Shown here one piece after another: positions 32,121 to 41,724 of a stretch of DNA of 64,000 nt; position 1 is the stretch's first letter; every line of letters begins with the position of its first letter. Position numbers and translations under genes: made by a program. Source of the DNA: Bacteroidales bacterium (GTDB lineage: Bacteria; Bacteroidota; Bacteroidia; Bacteroidales; P3); the NCBI GenBank assembly GCA_024681475.1, contig JAILAT010000051.1, positions 30,444 through 94,443 of the forward strand. The letters are read 5' to 3'. The notes under the pieces are model-generated. The model saw nothing but the letters and a program-made list of their open reading frames with translations, was not told the origin of the DNA and searched no databases.

Positions 32121-33598
32121 TAGTTCATTTTCGGCTTGATAGTGATGGTGTTATAGCTGTTCCAGTCTATCACCATCTGGCGGAAGTCTTTGTATTGCTT
32201 TTCGGTGATGATGCCGTCCTCGACATCGATAACCAGCTCTTTGTCAACCTCGATGACACCGTGGATGTTCTCCTTGATACTGATGCTGATTCGGCCGATG
32301 CCGGGCTTGCTGTATTGCAAGTTGACGGGTTCACCGACCAGATGGTATTTCGGTGTGCGCGGCAGGATGATGTTGTAGTGGTAACGCTCTTTGCCGTTGG
32401 CGACCATCAGGGGTGCCTTGCGCACGCTGGTCAGTGCGGCGGGGTTCATGTCGAAAGCGCCAGGCTTGGTGGGTAGTGTCATCTGGCGGTAGCGGCCACC
32501 GATGGGCGTGCCATTCCAGATGAGATCTTCGTTGATGACGATGTTGCGCTTTTGTGGTTTGGCCTCGACGGTGGACAGCACTTTGCCTTTGTGGATGGGC
32601 GAGAGCTGGTATTCCTTGCTGACTTTGCCGCTGTATAGTGTGCAGGTGACGTTGGTGGCAGTGGCTGTGGCCTTGAAGCCTGCCTGGCGCAGCAGCGCTG
32701 CCAGCAGGGCGCACTTGTCGGCCAAGGTGCCACAGTTGCTCTCGAAGGTCTCCTTGGCTGTCGAGGCTTTGTAGGCCAACAAGCTGTTGGGGATGTCGTT
32801 ATAGTTCACGTTGTCAACCACATAGTCGCGGATGGCGGTGATGTATTTCAGTGTGTCGCGGTCATACAGCTCCATCAGCAGGTTGTTGGCTTCGGGCAAC
32901 GGTTCGAAGTTGTAGATGGCGGGCTGCGAACTCTTGCCGTTGCTGATGTGCAGGGTGGGGTAGAGCATCTCGGCCGGCGGCAGGTAGCTGTCGATGATGG
33001 TCTGGTCCAGTTTCTTGACAGTCAGTGTGTATGTGTTGTCCTTCAAGGTGCCTTTGTATTTGTCCCCGAAATTGGGTATGCTGGCTTCGATATGCTGACC
33101 TTTAGGCACCTTCACCATTATCTGGTATTCTTTCACAGGGCAGTCCTGGTTGAGCTGGATGGTCTCGTCGAGGATGTCGCAGCGGCGATGGATGGTGTAG
33201 TCGAGCACCACGATGCAGTCGTATTCCAGCGCGGTGTGCACCACCACGCGTTCGCGGATGTTGTTGTAGCGGCCGCAGTTGGTGCATCCGGAAGGCAGTT
33301 GGTCGATCAGCGCGTTGATGGGAGTCGCCACGCGTGTGCCGTCTTTGCGGATGGTGTAGCTTTCGTTGATGCGCAGCTCGTCGATTTTGGGGTTATAGAG
33401 AATGAAAGTTTCGCCTTTGTCGGCATAGGCCGTGATGGCACGGTTGCGCAGCAGCTTGATTTCCTTGCGGTAATTGATGTCCATGGTGCCGTCGCTGTTG
33501 ACGACGAATTCTTGGCGGATGAGGTTGTATTCCGCGTCTTGTGCCTGCGACAGGCCGCAAAGCGCCGTCAGGGCTATGATGATGAATAATCTCTTCAT
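32120..33598 (-). CDS. secreted DUF3857-like protein with degenerate transglutaminase core
   Basis: It has a signal peptide. The segment TLADKCALLAALLRQAGFKA aligns with the catalytic-Cys region of the upstream paralog, but Leu replaces the Cys and no H...D pair follows. Confidence 0.6.
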   Translation of the reverse strand: MKRLFIIIALTALCGLSQAQDAEYNLIRQEFVVNSDGTMDINYRKEIKLLRNRAITAYADKGETFILYNPKIDELRINESYTIRKDGTRVATPINALIDQLPSGCTNCGRYNNIRERVVVHTALEYDCIVVLDYTIHRRCDILDETIQLNQDCPVKEYQIMVKVPKGQHIEASIPNFGDKYKGTLKDNTYTLTVKKLDQTIIDSYLPPAEMLYPTLHISNGKSSQPAIYNFEPLPEANNLLMELYDRDTLKYITAIRDYVVDNVNYNDIPNSLLAYKASTAKETFESNCGTLADKCALLAALLRQAGFKATATATNVTCTLYSGKVSKEYQLSPIHKGKVLSTVEAKPQKRNIVINEDLIWNGTPIGGRYRQMTLPTKPGAFDMNPAALTSVRKAPLMVANGKERYHYNIILPRTPKYHLVGEPVNLQYSKPGIGRISISIKENIHGVIEVDKELVIDVEDGIITEKQYKDFRQMVIDWNSYNTITIKPKMN

Positions 33599-33629
33599 GT
33601 TGTTGGTCGTTAATGTGTTATCGTTGTTA

Positions 33630-35609
33630 TTACTGCTGTTCGATAGGTTTTGTGGAGTTCTTGTGAAGCACCACAGGCGTCGATGCCATCACCTTCTGGC
33701 AGCGCACTGCTTCGCGGAATGCGGGCCAGTCGCTGGCATCGTAAACACGTTTGTTGTACATGGCGCTCTCGCCGAAGGTCAGCTTGTTGCCGTCCAGCTG
33801 GAATCCGCCGCCGTAGTTCACGGCCGGCGACACCACGCCGCGTATCACCCCTTTGTAGTCCATACTGGCGTAGCTGTCTGGCAATGTGATGGTTTCGTTG
33901 ATTTCTACCAGACGTGAGCAGCGGTCTTTGAAGGGCTGTTTGCGCTCCGTGAGGGTGGTGTCGAAATAGAGGTGCCCCATGGCACGGCTGTAAAGATTGC
34001 GGGCCGTGAAGGGGATGAAAACCAGCTCGTCGCCGTCGACAATAGCGTAGTTGGGAATGGTGTAGGTGTAGGTGATGCTGACGGGCTGTTCCAGATATTT
34101 GTCGTTGTCGGTGTGCTTCACCGAGTTGACGACGCAGCGCGGGTCGATGCGCAGCATCTCCTGCTCCAGGTTGCGCTGCCACTCGCTCTGACGTGCTGAG
34201 AAGACGCCGCGTACAGCGGCATCGCTCTGTCCTTCTGCGGTAATGGTCACCGTGCCCGTCAGGGTGCCGTCGCTCTTGATGGTCGATGTGCCATTGATGC
34301 GGATGTAGTGGTTGGCGGCAGGCGACACGGGGGTCTCCATCAGGTCGGCGCCTTGCGGCAGACCCATCAGATAGCCCTGCTGTTGTTCTGCGCTGCTCCA
34401 AAGCTCGCGCACGTTGGGCACCCATGTGGGATCCAGCAGTTCGTAACTTCCGTCGCGGTGTTGTACCACGCAGACGCTGTGGTTGAACTGGTCGGCGGCG
34501 ATGCGGTCGATGCGTTCGCCGGCCATGGTCATGGCGGCATAGGCCTTGAATCCCGCTGCGCGTAACATACACACCAGCATGCCTGCTTTGTCCTTGCACA
34601 CGCCGCAGCGGTCGGTGAAGTTCATCTCGGCGTTGTGCAGCGTGTAGCCTTCGCCTTCGCCCATCGAGATGCCACAGTAGCGGATGTTGTCGGCAACCCA
34701 GTGGGTCAGCACGCTGATGCTGTCCTGCTCACTCTTTTTGCCTTTCAGCAGTTCAGCCACTTTTTGGCGGACCTCGTCGGTGGGCACGAAGCTTCCGTAG
34801 TCCTCGTTCACGCCGTAGAACCACATCGATTTGTCTTCCCAGCGGTGCGTGGTGCTCAACAACAGTTTGCATTCCATGTCGTTGCTGGCCAGTGCCGAGG
34901 GCTGTTTCTTGAGGGGCATAATGTCGGTGCGCGTGAACGTGTAGACGGTGCGGTCGCCTTTGCGCACAGAGTCGCATTGCATTCCTTTGGCGTCGTTGTA
35001 CACGGCGAACTGCAATCCTTTATTGGTCAGCACGCTGACGCGATACACTTTCTCCATCACAGGCTGGTCGCTCCAGAAGGGGACAATGTCGTAGTATTGT
35101 CCGCGCATGGGAGGAATGTACATGCTCTCATCGTCGTCGGCAAGCAGGGCATAGGTGTAGCCTTTGCGTGATGTCTTGATTTCCAGCTCGTCGCGCGGGT
35201 CAAGATGCCCCACTTCCACCATTTTTTGCGAGGCACCCCAGTAGATGAGACGTGCCGGCGCCACATATTCGTAGACATGGCCGTGCTTGGCGCTCACTAT
35301 CGTGTCCGTCGTGCCGCTATAGTAGCGATGCACCAGCACTTCGTTGATTTCCACATAGGCCGACAGCGGGTCGAAGTCCATCGTCACCACATTGTTTTTC
35401 TTGCAGCCTTGGTAGTCCAGCATGACGATGCGCCGATGCTGCTGCATGCGCGTCAATCCCGACTCTTCCATGAAGACATCTGTCGAATCGTAGATGGTCA
35501 GCGTGTGATAGCCTTTGTACTTCGTTGGCTCTTTCATCATTTGCGTTGACTGCCCCCATGCCAGGGTGGCCCACGGCAGCAACATCAGTATAATAAGGTA
35601 TTTTTTCAT
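33630..35609 (-). CDS. secreted DUF3857 / transglutaminase-like cysteine protease-fold protein
   Basis: It has a signal peptide. The intact core elements are GVCKDKAGMLVCMLRAAGFKA (Cys), NHSVCVV (His) and ELLDPTW (Asp). Confidence 0.75.
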   Translation of the reverse strand: MKKYLIILMLLPWATLAWGQSTQMMKEPTKYKGYHTLTIYDSTDVFMEESGLTRMQQHRRIVMLDYQGCKKNNVVTMDFDPLSAYVEINEVLVHRYYSGTTDTIVSAKHGHVYEYVAPARLIYWGASQKMVEVGHLDPRDELEIKTSRKGYTYALLADDDESMYIPPMRGQYYDIVPFWSDQPVMEKVYRVSVLTNKGLQFAVYNDAKGMQCDSVRKGDRTVYTFTRTDIMPLKKQPSALASNDMECKLLLSTTHRWEDKSMWFYGVNEDYGSFVPTDEVRQKVAELLKGKKSEQDSISVLTHWVADNIRYCGISMGEGEGYTLHNAEMNFTDRCGVCKDKAGMLVCMLRAAGFKAYAAMTMAGERIDRIAADQFNHSVCVVQHRDGSYELLDPTWVPNVRELWSSAEQQQGYLMGLPQGADLMETPVSPAANHYIRINGTSTIKSDGTLTGTVTITAEGQSDAAVRGVFSARQSEWQRNLEQEMLRIDPRCVVNSVKHTDNDKYLEQPVSITYTYTIPNYAIVDGDELVFIPFTARNLYSRAMGHLYFDTTLTERKQPFKDRCSRLVEINETITLPDSYASMDYKGVIRGVVSPAVNYGGGFQLDGNKLTFGESAMYNKRVYDASDWPAFREAVRCQKVMASTPVVLHKNSTKPIEQQ

Positions 35610-35622
35610 AAATATGTGTATT

Positions 35623-36816
35623 TCATTTGTTTCTTCTTTTCTTTATGGATGTTCTTCTGTGTGCCATGACTCTCAACATCAGGGTCAGCACGATAGGCAG
35701 CACGGCGCTGTGGAAATAGACTCCATGTACCGGCATCAGCACCAGTGTCGCTGCCAGACAGACCAGCACCACAAAGCTCAGCAAGCGTCCCTTGCGCCCT
35801 TTTGCGAATAAAAGCAGTAGCAGCAATGGATTGGCCCACAGAATGTTGAAGTTCGATTTTGTGCACCAGTGAATAGAGCCGAACCAGAGGTACAGTATCA
35901 GCAGTCCAATGAGTGCGCAGAGGGTGAAAAGAGTAGCGTCAAGCCATCCCATCCGCCATCCTCGCAGGCGTGCCAAGGCCGTCAGCAGGGCTGTCAGCGC
36001 AAACAGCAACCAGAATACCAGCGTGGGGGAGATGGGCGCCTTGCGCTGGTCGCGATGGTCTACCAGAAGCTGTATGGTGTTTTCACTCAGACTTTTGCCC
36101 GTGTCCATCACTGCCGTAGTGTCATATTGCGTCATCAGCTCCAGGGGCAAAAAGCCACATTCGTAGCCAGTGATGGGCTTGTCGCAGCGCGAACCCAGCA
36201 GCATGTCGATGCCCAGCAGCCACCACGACATTTGCTCTCCTCCGTATTGGTGCAGCAGCTGGCGGAACGTGACGGGCTCTGACGTCGCCGAGTCCATCAT
36301 CGACAGATGTTCGTGCTCCAACGAGCGCTCGATGATGTCGCGTGCCCGCGTGGCGCAGTTGTCGTGGAAAAACTCGTAGCGATAGAAACAGTTTTCGGGC
36401 AACGCGTTGACCATCAGCGCGTCGGCGAGTGCGTTGAGCTCGCTGGTGGAAAGCATCAGCCTCTGTTCGAAGACGCTCCGCTTCTCCCATAGGTATTCAA
36501 GCATGAAGTCTTCGAAAGGGTAGCAATACAGCATATATTGCATATCTCCCTGAACGAAACGTAGATAGAAGTCCGAGGCATGAAAGTCGAACACGCCGTA
36601 GTTGAACACACAGTCGATGCCTTGTGTGGTGTCGCACAGGCGAATAGCCGTATGGCCGAACACGGTGTAGAAATCGTCACCCGGGCCGCATGTCAACAGG
36701 CTGGCATAGGCCGAATCGCCAAAAACGATGCTCTTCGGGAGCGCCTGCGCCCGTAGCGAACTGCCGCTGGCCATACACAACAGCGTCAGCAACAATAAGA
36801 TGCACCGTTTCAACAT
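35623..36816 (-). CDS. DUF4105 (Lnb N-terminal domain)-like protein with C-terminal multi-TM region
   Basis: Signal peptide MLKRCILLLLTLLCMASG, a SLLTCGPGDDFYTVFGHTAIRL motif and about 5 C-terminal TM helices. The start is at 36816, downstream of the promoter box; the ORF call extends to 37011. Confidence 0.7.
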   Translation of the reverse strand: MLKRCILLLLTLLCMASGSSLRAQALPKSIVFGDSAYASLLTCGPGDDFYTVFGHTAIRLCDTTQGIDCVFNYGVFDFHASDFYLRFVQGDMQYMLYCYPFEDFMLEYLWEKRSVFEQRLMLSTSELNALADALMVNALPENCFYRYEFFHDNCATRARDIIERSLEHEHLSMMDSATSEPVTFRQLLHQYGGEQMSWWLLGIDMLLGSRCDKPITGYECGFLPLELMTQYDTTAVMDTGKSLSENTIQLLVDHRDQRKAPISPTLVFWLLFALTALLTALARLRGWRMGWLDATLFTLCALIGLLILYLWFGSIHWCTKSNFNILWANPLLLLLLFAKGRKGRLLSFVVLVCLAATLVLMPVHGVYFHSAVLPIVLTLMLRVMAHRRTSIKKRRNK

Positions 36817-36844
36817 GCTGCGAAAATTTTTTCCTTTCAAAATG

Positions 36845-36852
36845 CAAAGATA
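36845..36852 (-). promoter_or_regulatory. -7 promoter box (TATCTTTG on minus strand)
   Basis: TAnnTTTG match about 30 nt upstream of the 36816 start. Confidence 0.55.
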
Positions 36853-36866
36853 CGGCTTTTTTTTCG

Positions 36867-36874
36867 TATTTTTG
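36867..36874 (+). promoter_or_regulatory. -7 promoter box (TATTTTTG)
   Basis: TAnnTTTG match upstream of the adenine deaminase gene. It is divergent from the previous box. Confidence 0.55.
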
Positions 36875-36962
36875 CAAAAATTTTTTCCACAGTGCCACGA
36901 GGCGTTCACGGCACGGCGACCGAGGTCGCCACGCCGGCGCTCCAGCACCAAATCAGGATGAT

Positions 36963-38618
36963 ATGAAGATTCAATGTCTGCTTGTCGACCCGCTGCAGCG
37001 GAGCATCGCACCTACGGAAATGACCATAGAGAACGGCACCATCGTAGACCGCAAGCCCATTGCGAATAGCGACAGTCTGCCTGTCGTGATGCCCGGCTTT
37101 GTCGATGCCCATGTCCATATCGAAAGTTCTATGCTCACCCCCTCGCACTATGCCGAAGCAGCGCTGCGACATGGTGTTGTGGCTGCCGTGTGCGACCCTC
37201 ATGAGATTGCCAACGTGCTGGGTGTCGAGGGTGTGCGCTATATGCTGGACGATGCCAAACGTTTCAACGAGGCATCCTCCGCACAGGGTTTCTATTTCTG
37301 TTTTGCAGTGCCCTCCTGCGTTCCGGCCACCGACAAGGAGACTTCTGGCGCCACGCTCGATGCCGCCACGGTAGACCGGCTGCTGGAACAGTCTGAATTC
37401 TATGCCCTTGCCGAGATGATGAATGTGCCGGGCGTTCTCTACGGCGACCCCGCTGTGCATGCCAAAGTGGAGGCGGCCAAACTGGCAGGCAAACCTATAG
37501 ATGGCCACGCCCCGGGCTTCCACGGCGACGAGCTGCGCCGTTATGTCGAAGCGGGCATCAGCACCGACCACGAATGCAATACCCTTGACGAGGCCGAGGA
37601 GCGTATCGGCTTGGGAATGAAAGTGCTTATCCGTGAAGGCAGTGCCGCGCGCAACTTCGATGCTTTGGCACCTTTGCTGAACAGGAACGACGACAGGGTG
37701 ATGTTCTGCGCCGACGATGCCCATCCCGATTATCTCATCGACAGATATATCGACGACATGGTGCGTCGTGCCATTGCCGAGGATTATCCTTTGTGGAATG
37801 TGCTCCGCGCCGCCTGCGTCACTCCCGTAAAGCACTACGGCATCCCCTCCGGACTGCTGCAGATCGATGACCCTGCCGATTTTGTCATTGTCGATAACTT
37901 GCAGGATTTCAACGTCAAGCAAGTGTTCTTGGCAGGCAGACCCATCGCTGCGGTCCGTGCTTCCAGTAACAGTGTCCTCCCCAACAACTTTCATGCTGCA
38001 CCAATCACCATTGATGACGTGCAGCTTGCGGCACCTGCGGCGCCGCAAGCCCTCCGCATCATCACTGTCACCGATGGCGCTCTGCTTACAGGCTGCGAGC
38101 TGCTGCCGCCGCTGATGGAGGATGGATACCTCGTCGCCGACCCTCGTCGTGACATCGCTAAAATTGTGGTTTACAATCGCTACACTCCTGCTCCCCCTGC
38201 CGTGGGCTTCATCAAAGGACTCGGCTTGCAGCGTGGTGCTTTTGGCGCCAGCATCGCTCACGACAGCCATAACATCGTTGTCGCCGGTGTGGAGGATGAA
38301 TCCATCGTTGCTGCTGTCAATGAGATAGTTGCCTTGAAAGGAGGCCTGGTTGTTGCCGATGGGGAAGGCGACATCGAGAGCCTTCCGTTGCCCGTCGCCG
38401 GCTTGATGAGTGACGAACCTGTCGAACAGGTGTGCAGCCAGTACGAGAGACTCAACGAAAGATGCCACCAGCTGGGCTCGTCGTTACGTGCTCCCTTCAT
38501 GACTCTTTCGTTCATGGCGCTGCCTGTCATCCCCGATTTGAAAATGACCGACAAAGGACTCTTCGATGTGCGAAAATGGGACTTTGTGAGTGTGGTTGAC
38601 AACGCTGACAAAGTGTGA
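36963..38618 (+). CDS. ade: adenine deaminase
   Basis: The MPGFVDAHVHIESSM metal-binding motif and amidohydrolase fold, 551 aa. The ATG at 36963 is preferred over the ORF call start at 36690. Confidence 0.9.
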   Translation: MKIQCLLVDPLQRSIAPTEMTIENGTIVDRKPIANSDSLPVVMPGFVDAHVHIESSMLTPSHYAEAALRHGVVAAVCDPHEIANVLGVEGVRYMLDDAKRFNEASSAQGFYFCFAVPSCVPATDKETSGATLDAATVDRLLEQSEFYALAEMMNVPGVLYGDPAVHAKVEAAKLAGKPIDGHAPGFHGDELRRYVEAGISTDHECNTLDEAEERIGLGMKVLIREGSAARNFDALAPLLNRNDDRVMFCADDAHPDYLIDRYIDDMVRRAIAEDYPLWNVLRAACVTPVKHYGIPSGLLQIDDPADFVIVDNLQDFNVKQVFLAGRPIAAVRASSNSVLPNNFHAAPITIDDVQLAAPAAPQALRIITVTDGALLTGCELLPPLMEDGYLVADPRRDIAKIVVYNRYTPAPPAVGFIKGLGLQRGAFGASIAHDSHNIVVAGVEDESIVAAVNEIVALKGGLVVADGEGDIESLPLPVAGLMSDEPVEQVCSQYERLNERCHQLGSSLRAPFMTLSFMALPVIPDLKMTDKGLFDVRKWDFVSVVDNADKV

Positions 38619-38655
38619 ATTAGAAACTTCTTTTGGCCAATCGGCAAAAATGTCG

Positions 38656-38663
38656 TATCTTTG
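38656..38663 (+). promoter_or_regulatory. -7 promoter box (TATCTTTG)
   Basis: TAnnTTTG match 30 nt upstream of the ATG at 38693, inside the ORF call 38633..39541. Confidence 0.55.
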
Positions 38664-38692
38664 CAATATCAAAACTAAAACAAGAAAAGAAT

Positions 38693-39541
38693 ATGAAACT
38701 TGACGGACGTCGCGAAAGCACCAATGTGGAATACCGCCGTGGAAAAGGTGGCAAGGTAGCGGGCCTCGGTATTGGAGGTGTTATTGTTGTGGGTCTCATT
38801 GCCCTTCTCCTGGGGCGCAACCCCGGTGAGGTTATTCAGCAGCTCGGCACCCAAGATGTTACAACTCAGAATTATATCTCCTCAGAACGTGAAGAGGAAT
38901 ATAAAACCTTTGCCCTGCAGATCCTGGCCAGCACTGAGGAAGTGTGGGCCGATGTCTTCGAGCAGATGGGCAAGACCTATGTGGAACCCAAGCTGGTGAT
39001 TTACAATGGTAATGTCAGCAGTGGTTGCGGCAACGCCTCATCGTCGGTAGGACCTTTCTATTGCTCTGCAGACCAGTGCATTTATATCGACCTTGCCTTT
39101 TTCGATGAGCTAGACAAGCAGATGGGCGCCGGAGGTGATTTCGCCCGCGCTTATGTTATTGCCCACGAGTGCGGCCACCATGTGCAGCATCTACTCGGTA
39201 CTCTCGACCAGGCGCATGCGCAGATGTCGCGACTCTCTGAGGCTGAGGCCAATAAAATGAGTGTCCGTCTTGAACTGCAGGCCGACTACTATGCCGGTGT
39301 TTGGGGTTATCATGAAAACAAGACCTTCGGCTCGCTGGAGGAAGGCGACATCGAGGAGGCCATCAATGCGGCACAGAAGATTGGCGACGACTATCTGCAA
39401 CGTCAGGCTTGTGGCAACACATTCCCCGAAAAGTTCACCCACGGCACTTCGGCGCAGCGTGTAAAATGGCTGAAAAAAGGTCTCGCCACCGGCGACATGA
39501 GAGGGGCCGATACCTTCTCGCAAAACTATAATTCATTGTAG
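38693..39541 (+). CDS. membrane-anchored neutral zinc metallopeptidase (YpfJ-like)
   Basis: N-terminus MKLDGRRESTNVEYRRG followed by a TM helix, and an HExxH motif (AHECGHHVQH). Confidence 0.85.
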   Translation: MKLDGRRESTNVEYRRGKGGKVAGLGIGGVIVVGLIALLLGRNPGEVIQQLGTQDVTTQNYISSEREEEYKTFALQILASTEEVWADVFEQMGKTYVEPKLVIYNGNVSSGCGNASSSVGPFYCSADQCIYIDLAFFDELDKQMGAGGDFARAYVIAHECGHHVQHLLGTLDQAHAQMSRLSEAEANKMSVRLELQADYYAGVWGYHENKTFGSLEEGDIEEAINAAQKIGDDYLQRQACGNTFPEKFTHGTSAQRVKWLKKGLATGDMRGADTFSQNYNSL

Positions 39542-39555
39542 TAGAGAATGGTATA

Positions 39556-40713
39556 TTAATTGTCCATTAGCTGCCAATAGTGTTTCTCTATGGCAGCTAT
39601 TTTTTTGTCACGCTCTGCCCTCGCTTCTGCTTCCTGTATCTCGACATGAACTATAGGTCTGCAGCCTCCGATTTGTATGCCGTCGATGTCGTAGTTGTAA
39701 GCCCTGTCTTGCGCATTCCGAAGTCCCAAGAGCATTTTTCTCAGCTTTTGGTTGCGCACGCTTTCGTCCTGTTCGGCAGCCACTTGTCGCAGGCTTTCTT
39801 CCACAAAGCTGACGCACCAAGCACAGTCATACATGAGCGCCATCTCGAACATCACCTGAGGCATTGTCCCTTGTGCGGAAATCATGCTGTCGCGCCACAC
39901 TTCAAGTCTGCGCTCAAATGCCGGGTGTCTCCACAGGCTGGCGAGGTAGACCGACTGGTTGCTTATGGTGCGGTAGAGATAAGCTCTTCCTTTGTTACGC
40001 TCCATGCTGAATTTGCAGACAGAATCGATGATGCCTAGCACCAGCGTGGTGTCGCTCTCTTGTTGCAGATGAGTCGACCAATCCTCTTTGTGGCGTGCTG
40101 CTAGCCATATAACGGCGTAGATGTCAAACCATTGACTCGCCATTTGGCGAATACGGTCGGCATTTTCAGGGCTTTTGTAGAGGTCGTTGAGCAGCCGATT
40201 CCGGCGTTTCACGCGTGTGGCTTGCGGCGATGCCAAGAGAATGCTGTCCAGCGTTTTCCAATCGGATTTCGACAGGAAATGATGTTCAACGGCCTCCTCT
40301 ATCAGGTAGTCGCCCATCGACTCGTGCCAAACGATGCAGCCACCGCCACGCGAAACAGGGTCGCTCTCCACCACATGGCGGAAGAAACACTCTTTGGCCT
40401 CTTTTCCCTTGTATTTGTGTATAATACAGATGGTTGCCGCTCGACGCACCTCCGCACTGGGATGCTCGTCGGCTAGTCGGATAAGTTCTTCCTTCGTGGT
40501 GTAGCGATTGAGAATCCAGTTGAGCGATCCCCCGTAGTAGTATCCACTCCAAGGGGATCCGGCAAATTCTCCTTTGGCGATGCGCTCAATGCTTTCGTCC
40601 AGCACCCTCTGCTGGCGGCTGTTGCGTTGGAAGGGCACATTGCTCCGCTGCCCAAAGGCTGTGCATATGGTGAGCAACAACGAGCTGATGATAAGGATGT
40701 TCCGAATGTTCAT
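39556..40713 (-). CDS. secreted all-helical hypothetical protein
   Basis: 385 aa with a signal peptide MNIRNILIISSLLLTICTAFGQ. No family recognised. Confidence 0.5.
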   Translation of the reverse strand: MNIRNILIISSLLLTICTAFGQRSNVPFQRNSRQQRVLDESIERIAKGEFAGSPWSGYYYGGSLNWILNRYTTKEELIRLADEHPSAEVRRAATICIIHKYKGKEAKECFFRHVVESDPVSRGGGCIVWHESMGDYLIEEAVEHHFLSKSDWKTLDSILLASPQATRVKRRNRLLNDLYKSPENADRIRQMASQWFDIYAVIWLAARHKEDWSTHLQQESDTTLVLGIIDSVCKFSMERNKGRAYLYRTISNQSVYLASLWRHPAFERRLEVWRDSMISAQGTMPQVMFEMALMYDCAWCVSFVEESLRQVAAEQDESVRNQKLRKMLLGLRNAQDRAYNYDIDGIQIGGCRPIVHVEIQEAEARAERDKKIAAIEKHYWQLMDN

Positions 40714-40800
40714 GGCTCTATGGCGTTCTGTTTTTTTTTCTCGTTTCTATCTTAAAGACACTTCGACGTTCTCCAAAGTGCATTTCGAAGCAATATATTT

Positions 40801-41724
40801 TTACTGTGAACGCAGATTGCGTTTCCATTGCTGGTATTTGATGCGCGCCATTGCGCTGTTTCGGGTTGTCTCTTTGAACTGCATTTCTTCTGCACCTGCC
40901 AGTTTCTCCAATGCGGCCAGTCGCTCTCTGTCTATGGGTCTTGTCGCGGCATGTGCATTGTAGGGACAGGCCATCTGGCATAGGTCGCAGCCAAAGGCAT
41001 AACCCGCTGTCTTTAACCCTTCGGGTAGTGTATCGCTTTTGTTTTCAATGGTTTGATAGGCTGTGCAGCGCGCTGCATCCAGTAGTGGCACCTCCTGCCT
41101 TTGTCCGTTGTCGTCTGTCACCGTCTCGCTGTGCAGCGCTCCGTTGGGGCAGGCCTGCACACACTGGTTGCACTCCATACAGGCAGATGAAACGGGATTG
41201 TCGTAGTGGTCACATTCTTCCCTGATTATCAGTTCGCCGAGGTTCACCCACGAGCCCCACTGTTCGGTCACCAGCAGTGTGTGGCGGCCTATCCAGCCTA
41301 GCCCCGCTGCCGTGGCCCAATGCTTTTCGCCAATGGGTACTGTGTCGACACACACCTTGCCCTCCACGCCCAGCAGCTCGCGTAGTTTGTGCAGGTCTCG
41401 TTTGATATTGTCATGATAGTCTTCACCGTAGGCATAGCGGGCTATACGAGGGGTGCTGTCCAGCAGATGTTCGGGGTTATAGCCGCGTGCCACGCAGATT
41501 ACAGTCTTGGCACCTTCTATCAGCACAGTGGGGTCCATACGCTTCTCCACGTGTTGCTGCATATAGTGCATATTGGCTTGAAAACCATGTTCTAGCCAGC
41601 GCTGCAGCGGGAATTCATAGTCTGCCAGCCGTCGGGCTTCGGCGATGCCGCAAAGGTCGAAACCGGCAGCGCGCGCCTGCTCTTTCACCCAAGCGGCCGA
41701 CAGGAGAGAGTGCTTGTCAGGCAT
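40801..41724 (-). CDS. queG: tRNA epoxyqueuosine(34) reductase
   Basis: Two 4Fe-4S ferredoxin motifs (CMECNQCVQACP, CDLCQMACP) and the GLGWIGRHTLL segment. Confidence 0.9.
   Translation of the reverse strand: MPDKHSLLSAAWVKEQARAAGFDLCGIAEARRLADYEFPLQRWLEHGFQANMHYMQQHVEKRMDPTVLIEGAKTVICVARGYNPEHLLDSTPRIARYAYGEDYHDNIKRDLHKLRELLGVEGKVCVDTVPIGEKHWATAAGLGWIGRHTLLVTEQWGSWVNLGELIIREECDHYDNPVSSACMECNQCVQACPNGALHSETVTDDNGQRQEVPLLDAARCTAYQTIENKSDTLPEGLKTAGYAFGCDLCQMACPYNAHAATRPIDRERLAALEKLAGAEEMQFKETTRNSAMARIKYQQWKRNLRSQ

Noticed and set aside
33610-34599. 329-aa Arg/Pro/His-rich ORF in an alternative frame of the transglutaminase gene. Similar ORFs occur at 47811..48866 and 49966..50685.
   Set aside because: These are same-strand off-frame ORFs with extreme composition, nested within well-supported genes. 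They have no independent start signals.
36875-36962. Purine riboswitch upstream of adenine deaminase.
   Set aside because: The leader is too GC-rich, and I could not find the conserved three-way-junction loop sequences of the purine aptamer. It is kept only as a low-interest unexplained structure.
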